Assembly (NCBI GenBank): GCA_051453625.1
Contig: JBOZIK010000001.1
Span: 13,495,966 to 13,529,651, forward strand
DNA length: 33,686 nt
Source: Welwitschia mirabilis
Lineage: Eukaryota
Direction of reading: 5' to 3'
This document shows positions 23,502 through 33,686 of this stretch, piece by piece (position 1 is the stretch's first letter; the number at the start of each line of letters is the position of its first letter). The notes below the pieces were generated by a model. The model worked only from the letters and a program-made list of their open reading frames with translations. It searched no databases and had not been told where the DNA came from. The position numbers were made by a program, and so were the translations under genes.

Positions 23502-24210
23502 CATACTTTTAAAATGCAGAATCGCGATGGAATCGTGACCCAGAATCGCCCAGAATCGCAGAGTTAAAAAATAAGTATAAATATAATATTTTAAATAGTA
23601 TTCAATGTTTTTATTGCATTTTTAATAAGAAGTAAGACCCAAAANNNNNNNNNNNNNNNNNNNNNNNNNNNNNNNNNNNNNNNNNNNNNNNNNNNNNNNN
23701 NNNNNNNNNNNNNNNNNNNNNNNNNNNNNNNNNNNNNNNNNNNNNNNNNNNNNNNNNNNNNNNNNNNNNNNNNNNNNNNNNNNNNNNNNNNNNGAAAGAG
23801 AGTTTGTATTAATGTATTATAGTTCAAAGGACCATTGGATGCGATTTCAGAGGTAATTACAAAATTTGTAGATAAAAAGAATTTGAACTTCAAACAATTT
23901 TTGTTAGAATACAAAATTTGTAGATCAAAAGAATATGATTTTACAGGTAATTACAAATTTGCAGAGTTAAACATCAGCAATAGTTATAGACCTGAAAGTT
24001 GAAACACAAAGAAATGAAACTAATAAACTAAAATTCATGAAACCTTTGCTCGGATTTTGGATCTTCGCTTCAGGCATTTCTAAATGTTTTCTAAGTGCTA
24101 AAGATTCACCAGAGGGATGAGAATTCAAGTAAATGAAGAAGACCATCGTTTTTTGCTATTTTTTTGACCTTTTTTTAACAATTATTTGCGCATACGATTC
24201 CAGACTCACG
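23502..24210 (-). mobile_element. hAT element of the same family as 13772-15812, inverted, inserted in the LTR of element B; far end lost in a gap
   Basis: Begins CATACTTTTAAAATGCAGAATCGCG; 23550-23640 is the reverse complement of ~15625-15715; LTR sequence resumes after the gap at 25140. Confidence 0.75.
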
Positions 24211-26786
24211 NNNNNNNNNNNNNNNNNNNNNNNNNNNNNNNNNNNNNNNNNNNNNNNNNNNNNNNNNNNNNNNNNNNNNNNNNNNNNNNNNNNNNNNNNN
24301 NNNNNNNNNNNNNNNNNNNNNNNNNNNNNNNNNNNNNNNNNNNNNNNNNNNNNNNNNNNNNNNNNNNNNNNNNNNNNNNNNNNNNNNNNNNNNNNNNNNN
24401 NNNNNNNNNNNNNNNNNNNNNNNNNNNNNNNNNNNNNNNNNNNNNNNNNNNNNNNNNNNNNNNNNNNNNNNNNNNNNNNNNNNNNNNNNNNNNNNNNNNN
24501 NNNNNNNNNNNNNNNNNNNNNNNNNNNNNNNNNNNNNNNNNNNNNNNNNNNNNNNNNNNNNNNNNNNNNNNNNNNNNNNNNNNNNNNNNNNNNNNNNNNN
24601 NNNNNNNNNNNNNNNNNNNNNNNNNNNNNNNNNNNNNNNNNNNNNNNNNNNNNNNNNNNNNNNNNNNNNNNNNNNNNNNNNNNNNNNNNNNNNNNNNNNN
24701 NNNNNNNNNNNNNNNNNNNNNNNNNNNNNNNNNNNNNNNNNNNNNNNNNNNNNNNNNNNNNNNNNNNNNNNNNNNNNNNNNNNNNNNNNNNNNNNNNNNN
24801 NNNNNNNNNNNNNNNNNNNNNNNNNNNNNNNNNNNNNNNNNNNNNNNNNNNNNNNNNNNNNNNNNNNNNNNNNNNNNNNNNNNNNNNNNNNNNNNNNNNN
24901 NNNNNNNNNNNNNNNNNNNNNNNNNNNNNNNNNNNNNNNNNNNNNNNNNNNNNNNNNNNNNNNNNNNNNNNNNNNNNNNNNNNNNNNNNNNNNNNNNNNN
25001 NNNNNNNNNNNNNNNNNNNNNNNNNNNNNNNNNNNNNNNNNNNNNNNNNNNNNNNNNNNNNNNNNNNNNNNNNNNNNNNNNNNNNNNNNNNNNNNNNNNN
25101 NNNNNNNNNNNNNNNNNNNNNNNNNNNNNNNNNNNNNNNTAATGCAAGAAACAATGAGTATAAAAACACAGATAAAAATAGACAAAGCAATGAGAAGAAA
25201 AATAACAGCTGAAAGTAGATTGCCAAAGAAGATAGACCACCAGCATAATGAACTTACAGTAATTCCAAAGCTTTCAGCAAATGCTAATATTAACAAAAAA
25301 TGTATGATCATCTAAAACTTGCAGTGAAATCAGAATTACAGCAATCAATTAAAAATTCTTTGTTGCTGAGACCNNNNNNNNNNAATGCCTGGGTCTCGGA
25401 TCATTGGATGAGATAATGGTTGAGATTTTAGGAAGGTGATTGAAACCTTGAAGGTTTTGGGTAAAAAAGGATAGCTATGGCTCACTATTGTGGTTGGGTT
25501 GGAAAAGGATGCGATAGGTGAGTGCAAGTGGCTTTTAGGCTAAGGTTTTGCTAATGCTTGAGCATTTGACATCCCCCTCTTTTTCATTTTGTTATATACA
25601 CTTTATTTTTCTTTTTTTCCCTTTTTTTTCTTTTTTCCTGTTTTTTTAATTTGTGGTTACAAAGGGATATCAAGCCTAATAAGGATATGAAACGCAGGAT
25701 AAAGGGAGTTTTAGGAGTTCATGGGATTCCAAGGATAGAAGAGAGGCTTGTGGTCACTAAGGCATGAGCTATGACGACACATTTATTTAGGAACATCAAT
25801 TTTTTCATCTTACATATGGATTTGCCTATATTTCATATCCATGTTTTCAGGGCAGAGCCAGGTGCGAGCTTCAATATCTCGTGTGTGAACCTGAAAATTT
25901 GATGGCCAGCCCCTAGCCAAACACGGCAAACCCATGGAACTCCACTCAACTATTTAGACTAGTGACCATGGCAAGTGCAGCATAGTTTCCCATGTGTTAT
26001 CTTAATCATAAGATTGAAATCAAAATGCTTGCCCTTTATAAAATGAAGATTGCTCTGAGCCCTAGCTCTACAATGCATAGTAGAATCAAAAGTAAATCCC
26101 CCACCACTTTTTATTGGTCATTTTTATACAATATGTTTGTAAGTTTAATGTTCTACAAGTAGAACTTAACTTGGACTCAGCAACCACAAATGCATATTTC
26201 ATGATTTCTTACTTAACTACTGATTTAACTATCTTTTCCCATGAAGGCAATTGCATCTCTCTATCAAGCAACCACATCAAAAACTGTCTCTTTTTACTGG
26301 TTTTAACCAATGCAGCCAGATAAACACCAACAATCAAAGAAACAAGTTTTGACTTATTTTAATCAGGGTGCCCAAACTAATATATGAACTATGCTCAAAA
26401 AGTTGATTTAACTTGGGGCAATTATACTCGATGTTGTGATGACTGAACCTGATTCAGCATGTTAATTAAGAAGAAAGACTCCAATTAAGAAGAAAGGTTT
26501 TATCTTGATCTATGTGATATGGCACTTTATGAGTGCAACCAGATCTTCCATAAAGTTGTCATTCACATGCAACTAGACTAACGCATGCAAATTCCAACTG
26601 AGATTGTGTTCCTATTTTCTCTCCTAGTCATCGAGATAGCTACACACCAATTTAGGAAATGATCTATCTATATAACTTTCGCCTCTTCTAATCTGAAAGA
26701 ACTTTCCAAAAAATTATTTTATAAAAAATTATGCTAAACTTTGTCTATCAAGTGTTAAAGCTCCTTCTTGTGCTTTCACATTTCGT

Positions 26787-27960
26787 TGTGGTGCAAGGGA
26801 ATCTTCTCAATAGGCAATGGTTTTCCTTCTGTGAAGATATATTGGAAATGATAGCAAAAATACTCAGACATAATTCAAGTGGAGAGTATGGTTGATGTCC
26901 AGCAGATTTGAAGTTGTTTCAAGTAAGTTTTGGCATTTACTAAGGGGGGGTAATGAATCCAAAAATGCAGTCAGCCAGATATCCAAAACTATTTAAAATA
27001 ATAGTAGTAATCATAGTAATAAAAGAAACCCTAGTTTGATGGCTAAACCTTGGAGGCATTAAAGAGACAAGAAGACCCTTAATCTGTAAGAATAGTTGCA
27101 ATAATCTTAAATTGGCAACTGAGTAGATTATTGAGAGGAAATTTTTATGAGGTTTAGATTATCTTTATTGTAGCCAAAAATTGGCAAATTTTTGTCTTGC
27201 TTTTGTTTATTACTATTTTCTTTATACATAGTTTTTCTTTTTTGCATTGTTTTCACAAATGAAATCATATTTATATCTTTCTGTTTTTGACCTCTCCGCC
27301 ACGACTAGTATCAAAGGTAATGTTTTTGCATCATGGAGATGATGGCATGCGTGGACACGAAATTGAGGAAACGGAAGAGTTTTGATGGAAGTCCTAGCAA
27401 AGAAGTTTGAAATTTAAATGGGGGTATCTCAATTATATGATTTGACCAAGGAAAATTAGGAAGAAGATAATCTCAACATTAGAGTTTCAGAAGCAAGGCA
27501 AGGAGAAAGCTTGATTAATCTAGTGAATAACAACAAAGATCCATACAACAATGTTTATTCCTGAAGCATGCACAATACGCTTTAGACAACTGAAAGTTGA
27601 TGCTCCAACGTACAAAGGAGATTCGGTTCCAGAGGAATTTAAGGACTGGATAAGAATCTTGAAGAAATAATTTCTAGATCGCGAAAGTTTCAAAAGATCA
27701 GAAAATCGACATTACTTCTTTTATCTTGACGGTCATGACCTCTGTTTAAGGGTTTCATCCCATGACCTCTAGGGATGTAATGGTTGAGAAGTTGATTGAC
27801 AAGGTTTTATCAGCTTCATGCAAATTAGATACAATTTGAAAGTTGCAAGGTTTAAAACAACATGAGAGATTAGTACAAGATTATGTGGATGAATTATTGT
27901 AATATAATGCTAGCACAAAATGAATTGGAGAATGTTAGAAAAATGAAGAATATCTAAGGT
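26787..27960 (+). mobile_element. Decayed chromovirus-like (CRM/Reina-type) gypsy 5' end: LTR ~26787-27303, PBS 27306-27317, gag remnant
   Basis: Termini TGTGGTG...CGCCACG; PBS TAGTATCAAAGG (cf. TGGTATCAGAGC); gag fragments RQLKVDAPTYKGDSVPEEFKDWIRILKK (from 27584) and KLQGLKQHERLVQDYVDEL (~27840-27897). Confidence 0.7.
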
Positions 27961-28197
27961 TAGGAAAACGCTTATATAGCTATAATGTTTGAAAGAAGGA
28001 ATAAATACTATTTTTTCTTTTAGAAGTATGAATAGTTGGTAAATTTCTAATGCTCAGAATATATATTGAATATTGAAATAAAAATAAGGCTTTGGCAAGC
28101 TAATATTGACTATTAATGAAAGAGGCAAGGAAAAAAAAATCTACTACATATCTAACTAGGGTAGATTCTTTGATGCATGAAAACACAATGGTAAATG

Positions 28198-28413
28198 TGT
28201 AGAGATGATGGGTTTCAATGATGAACGAAGAACTGGTTTCAGCACATCGNNNNNNNNNNNNNNNNNNNNNNNNNNNNNNNNNNNNNNNNNNNNNNNNNNN
28301 NNNNNNNNNNNNNNNNNNNNNNNNNNNNNNNNNNNNNNNNNNNNNNNNNATAAAGCAGTAAAGAGAAATTACCCTATTCAACCCCCCTCTAGGGTGCTTA
28401 TTTGATCCTAACA
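28198..28413 (+). mobile_element. SIRE-type LTR insertion (solo LTR or collapsed full element) spanning a gap
   Basis: TG...CA termini; perfect 5-bp TSD AAATG (28193-28197 and 28414-28418); 5' GTTTCAATGATG motif shared with 31203; 3' CCCTATTCAACCCCCCTCTAGG. Confidence 0.88.
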
Positions 28414-29859
28414 AAATGCACCATCACATTTCAAGAGTGTACCTAATAACATGTAACAAAGTTCACTGAGTTACATAAGGTCACTAAAACAAAAGTGTGT
28501 TGATTGTATGTAAGATTATTGTTAAAAAATTAAGACACTTCATGTTTTCTTGTTAAAATGAAAAATGAAACAAATCACTAATAAGTCCCACTATCGTCAT
28601 AATAATTACAAGTTAATAATAAAGTATGTTAAAAATGTGGTTAATTACAAACCATGAAACTGAAAGGGCGCAACTAATCAATATAAAAACTTTTATAGAA
28701 CAGATAAAATAAAAGTAAATAATAGTGTACGAGAAAATTTGACATCAGTTGCTCATTTAGATAACTCAACACTTGGAATCCGAGGATTTTTCAGGAAGAG
28801 AAACCCGAGCCTCTTCCTCAACCAGGTACTAAGTGCTCTCATCCTGTGTACACTTAAGCGCCTTCTACTTTAGATGATTTTGGTAAGATGGATTTGTCAG
28901 AGTTGAAAGATCCTAAAGTCAAAACAAAATGGATTAATTCTTGAACTAAAAGAATGGTTAAAGCAATAAGAAGGGTTGCTGTACATACTGACAGCTCCAC
29001 AATCACAGATCATAATACGGGAAACTCAAATAATGGTAAAGAATCAGACAAATAGCTTGTTTCTCTCTCATAGTGTTTACCTATCATAGCTTATTCACTA
29101 TGCTATAGATCTATTGCTAGATCTTTTGCATCTTTCTTATGGCTAAATTTTGTACTTCTGTTTGTTTTCTAGTCTAATCTTATTCCTTTCGCTGGCACTT
29201 TTGCTAACATGATCTCTGGCATTCTGTACTTAATGACTGCCTATTCTACTATTGTATTTTATGTGGCTCTTATCAAATTGTAAGTTGCTTATGCACTTAA
29301 TAGAAATAATGCTTTTCAATTGAAATGATCGTTTCACGTCAAATGATATGTTTAATGACATTGTGTTGTGTTATTAAATTTTGTGATTAGATGCTCTTTC
29401 ATTAGAGTTCCTTAAATGATGTCATCCTGTGACATGATCTCTAAGCATGTACTTTTTTCTAGCTCTGTGTATATTGCAACCATCAATTATGGGATACGAC
29501 AAAAAGAGAGCAAAAGCAATTTAATTTTCTCAACTGGCATCTCAATAGATAAAACCAAATGCAGAAGCACATTCCTCATCTCTTCAATGGTGCAGTCATG
29601 TTAGGGTTGTTCTTTAGGTATAATATATGGATGATTTACATAAGATCATGACGTTTCTTCAGATGTTTCGGCTTGTACTTGATAATGTATAAAGGTTGCA
29701 TTTATAGCTTGGTTGATGGATGATAACTTGGATATTAGATGAATGATCATGATGGTGCTCAAATCCCAAAAATGAGAGCATATTGGGGTATTTATAAGCA
29801 CCTTTGTAATTTACTACTGGCCTGGCACACGTCCAAGAGTGATAGAGCAGTAGTGTTAG

Positions 29860-30700
29860 GGGTTTGGTAAAGTTTGGGCTTTAAATTGGGGATATCAAAC
29901 CCATGAATGAGAATATAAGCCCATTGCAAAATTCCAAGTTTGTGACATGGTATAGAAGGAAATAAAGGGATTTTTAGGATTTGATGGAGTTCAAGGTGTA
30001 ACAAACATCAAAATCCAATCTTATGTAAATAATTATAGATGTGACAAGTGTATTGCTCAACGGATCACCAAAGGTATCAAAAAACTTTATTGGCTTGAAG
30101 AAACAAATATAAAAGAGGAGGAAAGTTTTTGTTGGGATATTCATAGACAACGTTTTCGTACCATTATTCAGCCAATTGTTCCATATGGATGTGTTGTTTG
30201 GGAGGTCAAATTAGTAAATAAATGCTAGAAGAAAATAGAGAAAGTTCCAAAAAAGTTCTTATTACAAGAACTTAAGGCAAAACACTAAAATCAGATGACA
30301 TTATGCTTCTAGAAACTGAATTCATGCCTTTGGAGGTAGAAGCTATATGTTGATTTGTAGCTTATGGTCATGGTCTCCTAAATTCCATTGTTGATAAATT
30401 TTCTTATAGGGCATTCCATGTGACTTAAGAAGAAAGTTGGTTTTATCAATGAAAGATTCGGTTTCAAAAATAGAACCTTGAAAAATAAATTTTTCATTGT
30501 GATCCTAAACAATTTCAAACAATTATAAAATAGAAAGCACTCTAAAGAATTTTAAAAAGCTCAAAAGGAAAGAAGCAACTTTATTTAAGAAAATATTGGA
30601 GGAGGCATTCCTGCAAACGCAATTTAAGTGATACTAATCCTCTTCATCTACAAATTTAAATTCAGAGGTTAACAGTGGGATCTCATTATTTTAGGATTGA
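29860..30700 (+). pseudogene. Highly decayed Ty3/gypsy pol fragments (RT end and integrase)
   Basis: Short motif remnants KEIKGFLGF (~29955-29985), HGLLNSIVDKF (~30369-30401) and an HLQ...SEVN-like stretch (~30645-30675), with large deletions between them. Confidence 0.45.
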
Positions 30701-31202
30701 ACCAATAGTTTCAAATCCCTCAAGAAGAGCAAATGTCTTGACTTTGTTATCTAGAATATTGTTATCATGAATATCATGTTTTTCTTAAATGTCCCTTGAT
30801 AGGTAAGATAAGAAAGAATTAAAACATAAAGCTTATAAGTTGGTTAATTTGTTTCACATTTTACCCAAAACTCTGGGCAACTTTATAGATGAAATTTTTA
30901 AGCTCATGCCATGTGCATTCCTTTTGTGCAATAGATCCCTAAAGTCCTTAGGGACACAATTTTTAAAAATAGAAGTTTCAGTTTTAGTTTCAGAAACCAC
31001 CTAAAATAAGTCCCCAAAAACTAAATTATATGTGCCAATCATCTGCCTACTAAAATAGCATAATAGGCATCACTAAAATTCATAAATAACCCCTCAAAAA
31101 CTCAGTTCTTTATTTGAACAAGTTTACATCATAAAGACGTACTTAGTATGATCATGGGAAATAGGTCATAATTGATGCTCTTCATCTCATGAAGCTTAGT
31201 CT

Positions 31203-32423
31203 TGTAGAAAGTAGAAGTTTCAATGATGCCAAGTTGGCAACTTTACATGGTTTTGTGTGAAAACCGTGTTTTAACACCCTTTGAAATTGATGTTTGGATG
31301 ATTTGAGATGATGTACTTTTTCCCAAACATATTTGGTTTTATTGGCGGATGCCCTTGCTTTGTAATAGTGTGTCTTAGTAACTACATGGCCCCAGAAGTC
31401 CACTCTCAAAAGGTCTGGATGTCCTCACTCCTTGCAAAAGTTTGTATGAAGAGTTGCACAATTGAGAGGTGCAAACATCCCCACTCAGAAGGCCTGGATG
31501 TTCACACTCTTCGGAGGTGTTTTGTATGGGAGATTGCCCCTCTACCAAGTGCAAATGTCCCCACTATTTTAGTGTGGATGCCCCCACCCCTAGAAGTGCC
31601 TTTTTGGACCAAGAGGAGATTCGAACTGTGAATGTCCCCACTCTTTTTAGTGTGGACATCCCCGCTCTTGAAGTGACAAAAATACTCACTTTTCAAACGC
31701 GATTCTTGCTGACTTACATGTTAGATCGAATGTGAACTACTCGGCAGATTTAGTGGAAGATTTTCCCACGAATCTAGCTCAAGATTGGTAGTAAAGTTGA
31801 TACACGAATCTAGCTCAGGATTGGTAGTAAAGTTGATCCATGGATCTAGCTCAAGATTGGGAATAAAGTTGATGGATTTAAATGAGAATGATTTGAAGAT
31901 TTCTTGGAAAGGTCACTTCCATAGCTATCTAGTGAAAGCCTTCTTTTAAAAAGGAAAGGAGCTCATCATTTGAAAGGTGCTAGAAATGTACAAAAACTAT
32001 TTTGAATCTATTGCTTCCAAGTTGTTTTCCTTCTCTTCAAGTTCAATTTGTCCCATCTTTCTGCTAGGATCACATTGTAAAATCAATGCTTGAGGCACCA
32101 TTAGTTTCTTCTATTAACTACTGATGTGGTTGAGTCTAAGCCACGAAAAGACTTGCTGTTTTTAGAAGGTTGATGATCAACCAGAAATCATCATTTGCAA
32201 AGTTTGAAACGGAACTAAGGAAGAAGAGACATTTGATTCTCCCTGAAGAGTGGAGTAGGCTGATAGCTGGACCACTATAAGATCTCATGTGCTAAATTCT
32301 TTCTTTCTTTGCATTGTTTTAATAGTTTTAACCTATGCATGCAAAGTAGAATAGTGTTTGGGATTCAAGAATGTCAGACACTATTTAGCACCCCTATTCA
32401 TCGCCCCCTTCTAAGGCCTAACA
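31203..32423 (+). mobile_element. SIRE-type solo LTR, 1221 bp
   Basis: TGTAG...CTAACA termini; TSD AGTCT (31198-31202) / AGTCC (32424-32428); no PBS after it; GGATGTCCCCACT motifs; 3' CCCCTATTCATCGCCCCCTTCTAAGG. Confidence 0.9.
31767..31874 (+). repeat. 36-bp tandem repeat x3 within the solo LTR
   Basis: CACGAATCTAGCTCAAGATTGGTAGTAAAGTTGAT(A/C) units starting at 31767, 31803 and 31839. Confidence 0.92.
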
Positions 32424-33559
32424 AGTCCTTGATCCATGAGTCAAAGCCCAAATGAAGTTACTCTTTGATTTAGCACAACATTTTCAACACAATAAACTCA
32501 TATCTAATACAAAACATCGTCAATTGGAGTCCACTTCCAAACACAAGCACACCACTTGAATCCAGTGTACACCAACAAAAGAATGAGATTCACTTGTACC
32601 TCTAATCAAAGTACATAATAGGTTTTGGTCTTTCTAGTGTCTTGCATGAACTCATGGCATTCTCTGAGTCACTCTGATTGGATTTTAGCTCTAGGATACT
32701 TCACAGATTTCTCCACAAATTGCTTGCTTATTGTGGCCTCTAGCCACATCTTCCATTGCTTTGCACTTCACCTCCATTATGAAAACCATCAATACCCAAC
32801 ACGAGCCCCATTAGATTGTGGGATCCCCACTTTTTTCTTTCTTCTCTCTCTCCTTTCTTTTTTCTTAAACTGTTTTTTCTCCCTATTTTTTTTCCTTTTC
32901 TTTTTCTTTTTCCTTTTTCTTTTTTCTTTTCATTTTTGCTTCAAGTCCCTTTCCTCAACCCTAGGCAATCCCCTTTCCACCAATATCCTCCCTCTTCATT
33001 CCCTATTTTCCTCGCCCCATCTCTCCTTTCTTTTCCATGTTTCTTGGCCATTCCTCTAGTATTTTTACCCAACTCCTAAAGGCTTCCACTTTCTCCCTTC
33101 CATGCCTAGGAAGGAAGGAATCCCAATGCCCCTTCCATGTGGAAGGAGGACTCCTCCATCTTCTGAAGCAACACCCTAGCCTATCTTCCATGGTTGTAGC
33201 ACCTCTTCCTAACTCTTTGACCTTTCAGCATCCCAAATGCATGGGGTCCATTCAAGACTAAGTCCTTCACTAGTGGGAACCAACTCATACCTCCATGTTG
33301 CTTACCTAGGGAATCTCCTAAATCTCTCTCTATCATCCCTGCCTTGACCATTAGAAGATCTCTCAAGGACCTTCCGCTCTTGCTTTCTTCTTTGTTACTC
33401 TGCTTCCTCTCCATCTAATCCTCTTTTCCTCCTTGTACCTCCCCTTAGACGTGAAAGGAGAAGATCCTCTCTTTCCTTTCCACACTTAAGGCATGAAAGG
33501 CGTCACTACTGCCTCTCTCTTTCTCCACCTTTTGACACCCACAAGAATCTATTTTGAAT

Positions 33560-33686
33560 AGACAACTCTATTACAAATCTAACAACAAGAAAGTACTTGA
33601 GCAAAAATAGAACAGCAGGCATACAAAAGAAACAACACAGAATTTACGTGGTTCGGGCTCTTGTTACCCTACGTCCACGAGAAGCA
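33560..33686 (-). mobile_element. Probable 3' (U5) end of a copia-type LTR, truncated by the window edge
   Basis: ACACAGAATTTACGTGGTTCGGGC...CCTACGTCCAC resembles a reversed U5 motif common in plant copia LTRs; weaker relatives occur near 4395-4445 and 11200-11250. Confidence 0.55.

Larger units (their letters stand above)
21652..25814 (-). mobile_element. Tat/Ogre-like gypsy element B (5' LTR ~23458-25814, PBS, leader, gag N-terminus), same family as A
   Basis: Colinear diverged similarity to A: 21690-22680 vs 18620-19650, 23220-23500 vs 20190-20430, 25740-25814 vs 21575-21651. The LTR starts TGTAAG on the minus strand. Confidence 0.75.

Noticed and set aside
25848..25915. Tiny element with CAGGGCAGAGCCA...TGGCCAGCCCCTA hAT-like ends
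   Set aside because: The TIR match is imperfect and there is no TSD, so support is insufficient.
32625..33079. Phe-rich 144-aa and 87-aa ORFs
   Set aside because: Translation of a low-complexity T/C tract. The region may be decayed gypsy gag/protease on the minus strand, but the motifs are too weak to call.

Overview
AT-rich plant (angiosperm-like) nuclear DNA made up almost entirely of nested, degenerate transposable elements, broken by about ten assembly gaps (e.g. 6985-7084, 7781-8404, 13944-14043, 23645-23793, 24211-25139, 28250-28349). From left to right: the end of a hAT-type MITE; a decayed SIRE/Maximus-like Ty1/copia element (minus strand); a SIRE-type LTR; one intact 92-bp minus-strand exon (9324-9415) that I recognise as part of ureidoglycolate amidohydrolase (UAH); a nested cluster of Tat/Ogre-like Ty3/gypsy remnants with three PBS-LTR junctions, interrupted by hAT MITEs (one apparently composite); a decayed chromovirus-like gypsy element; and two more SIRE-type LTR insertions with target-site duplications. 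No complete protein-coding gene is present, and most entries in the ORF track are gap artefacts or TE fragments. I see no clearly new biological system. The best leads are the lone UAH exon (giant TE-filled introns or an orphan exon) and the hAT element with two left ends that seems to have carried retrotransposon DNA. All family assignments are from motif recognition by eye, not from database searches.
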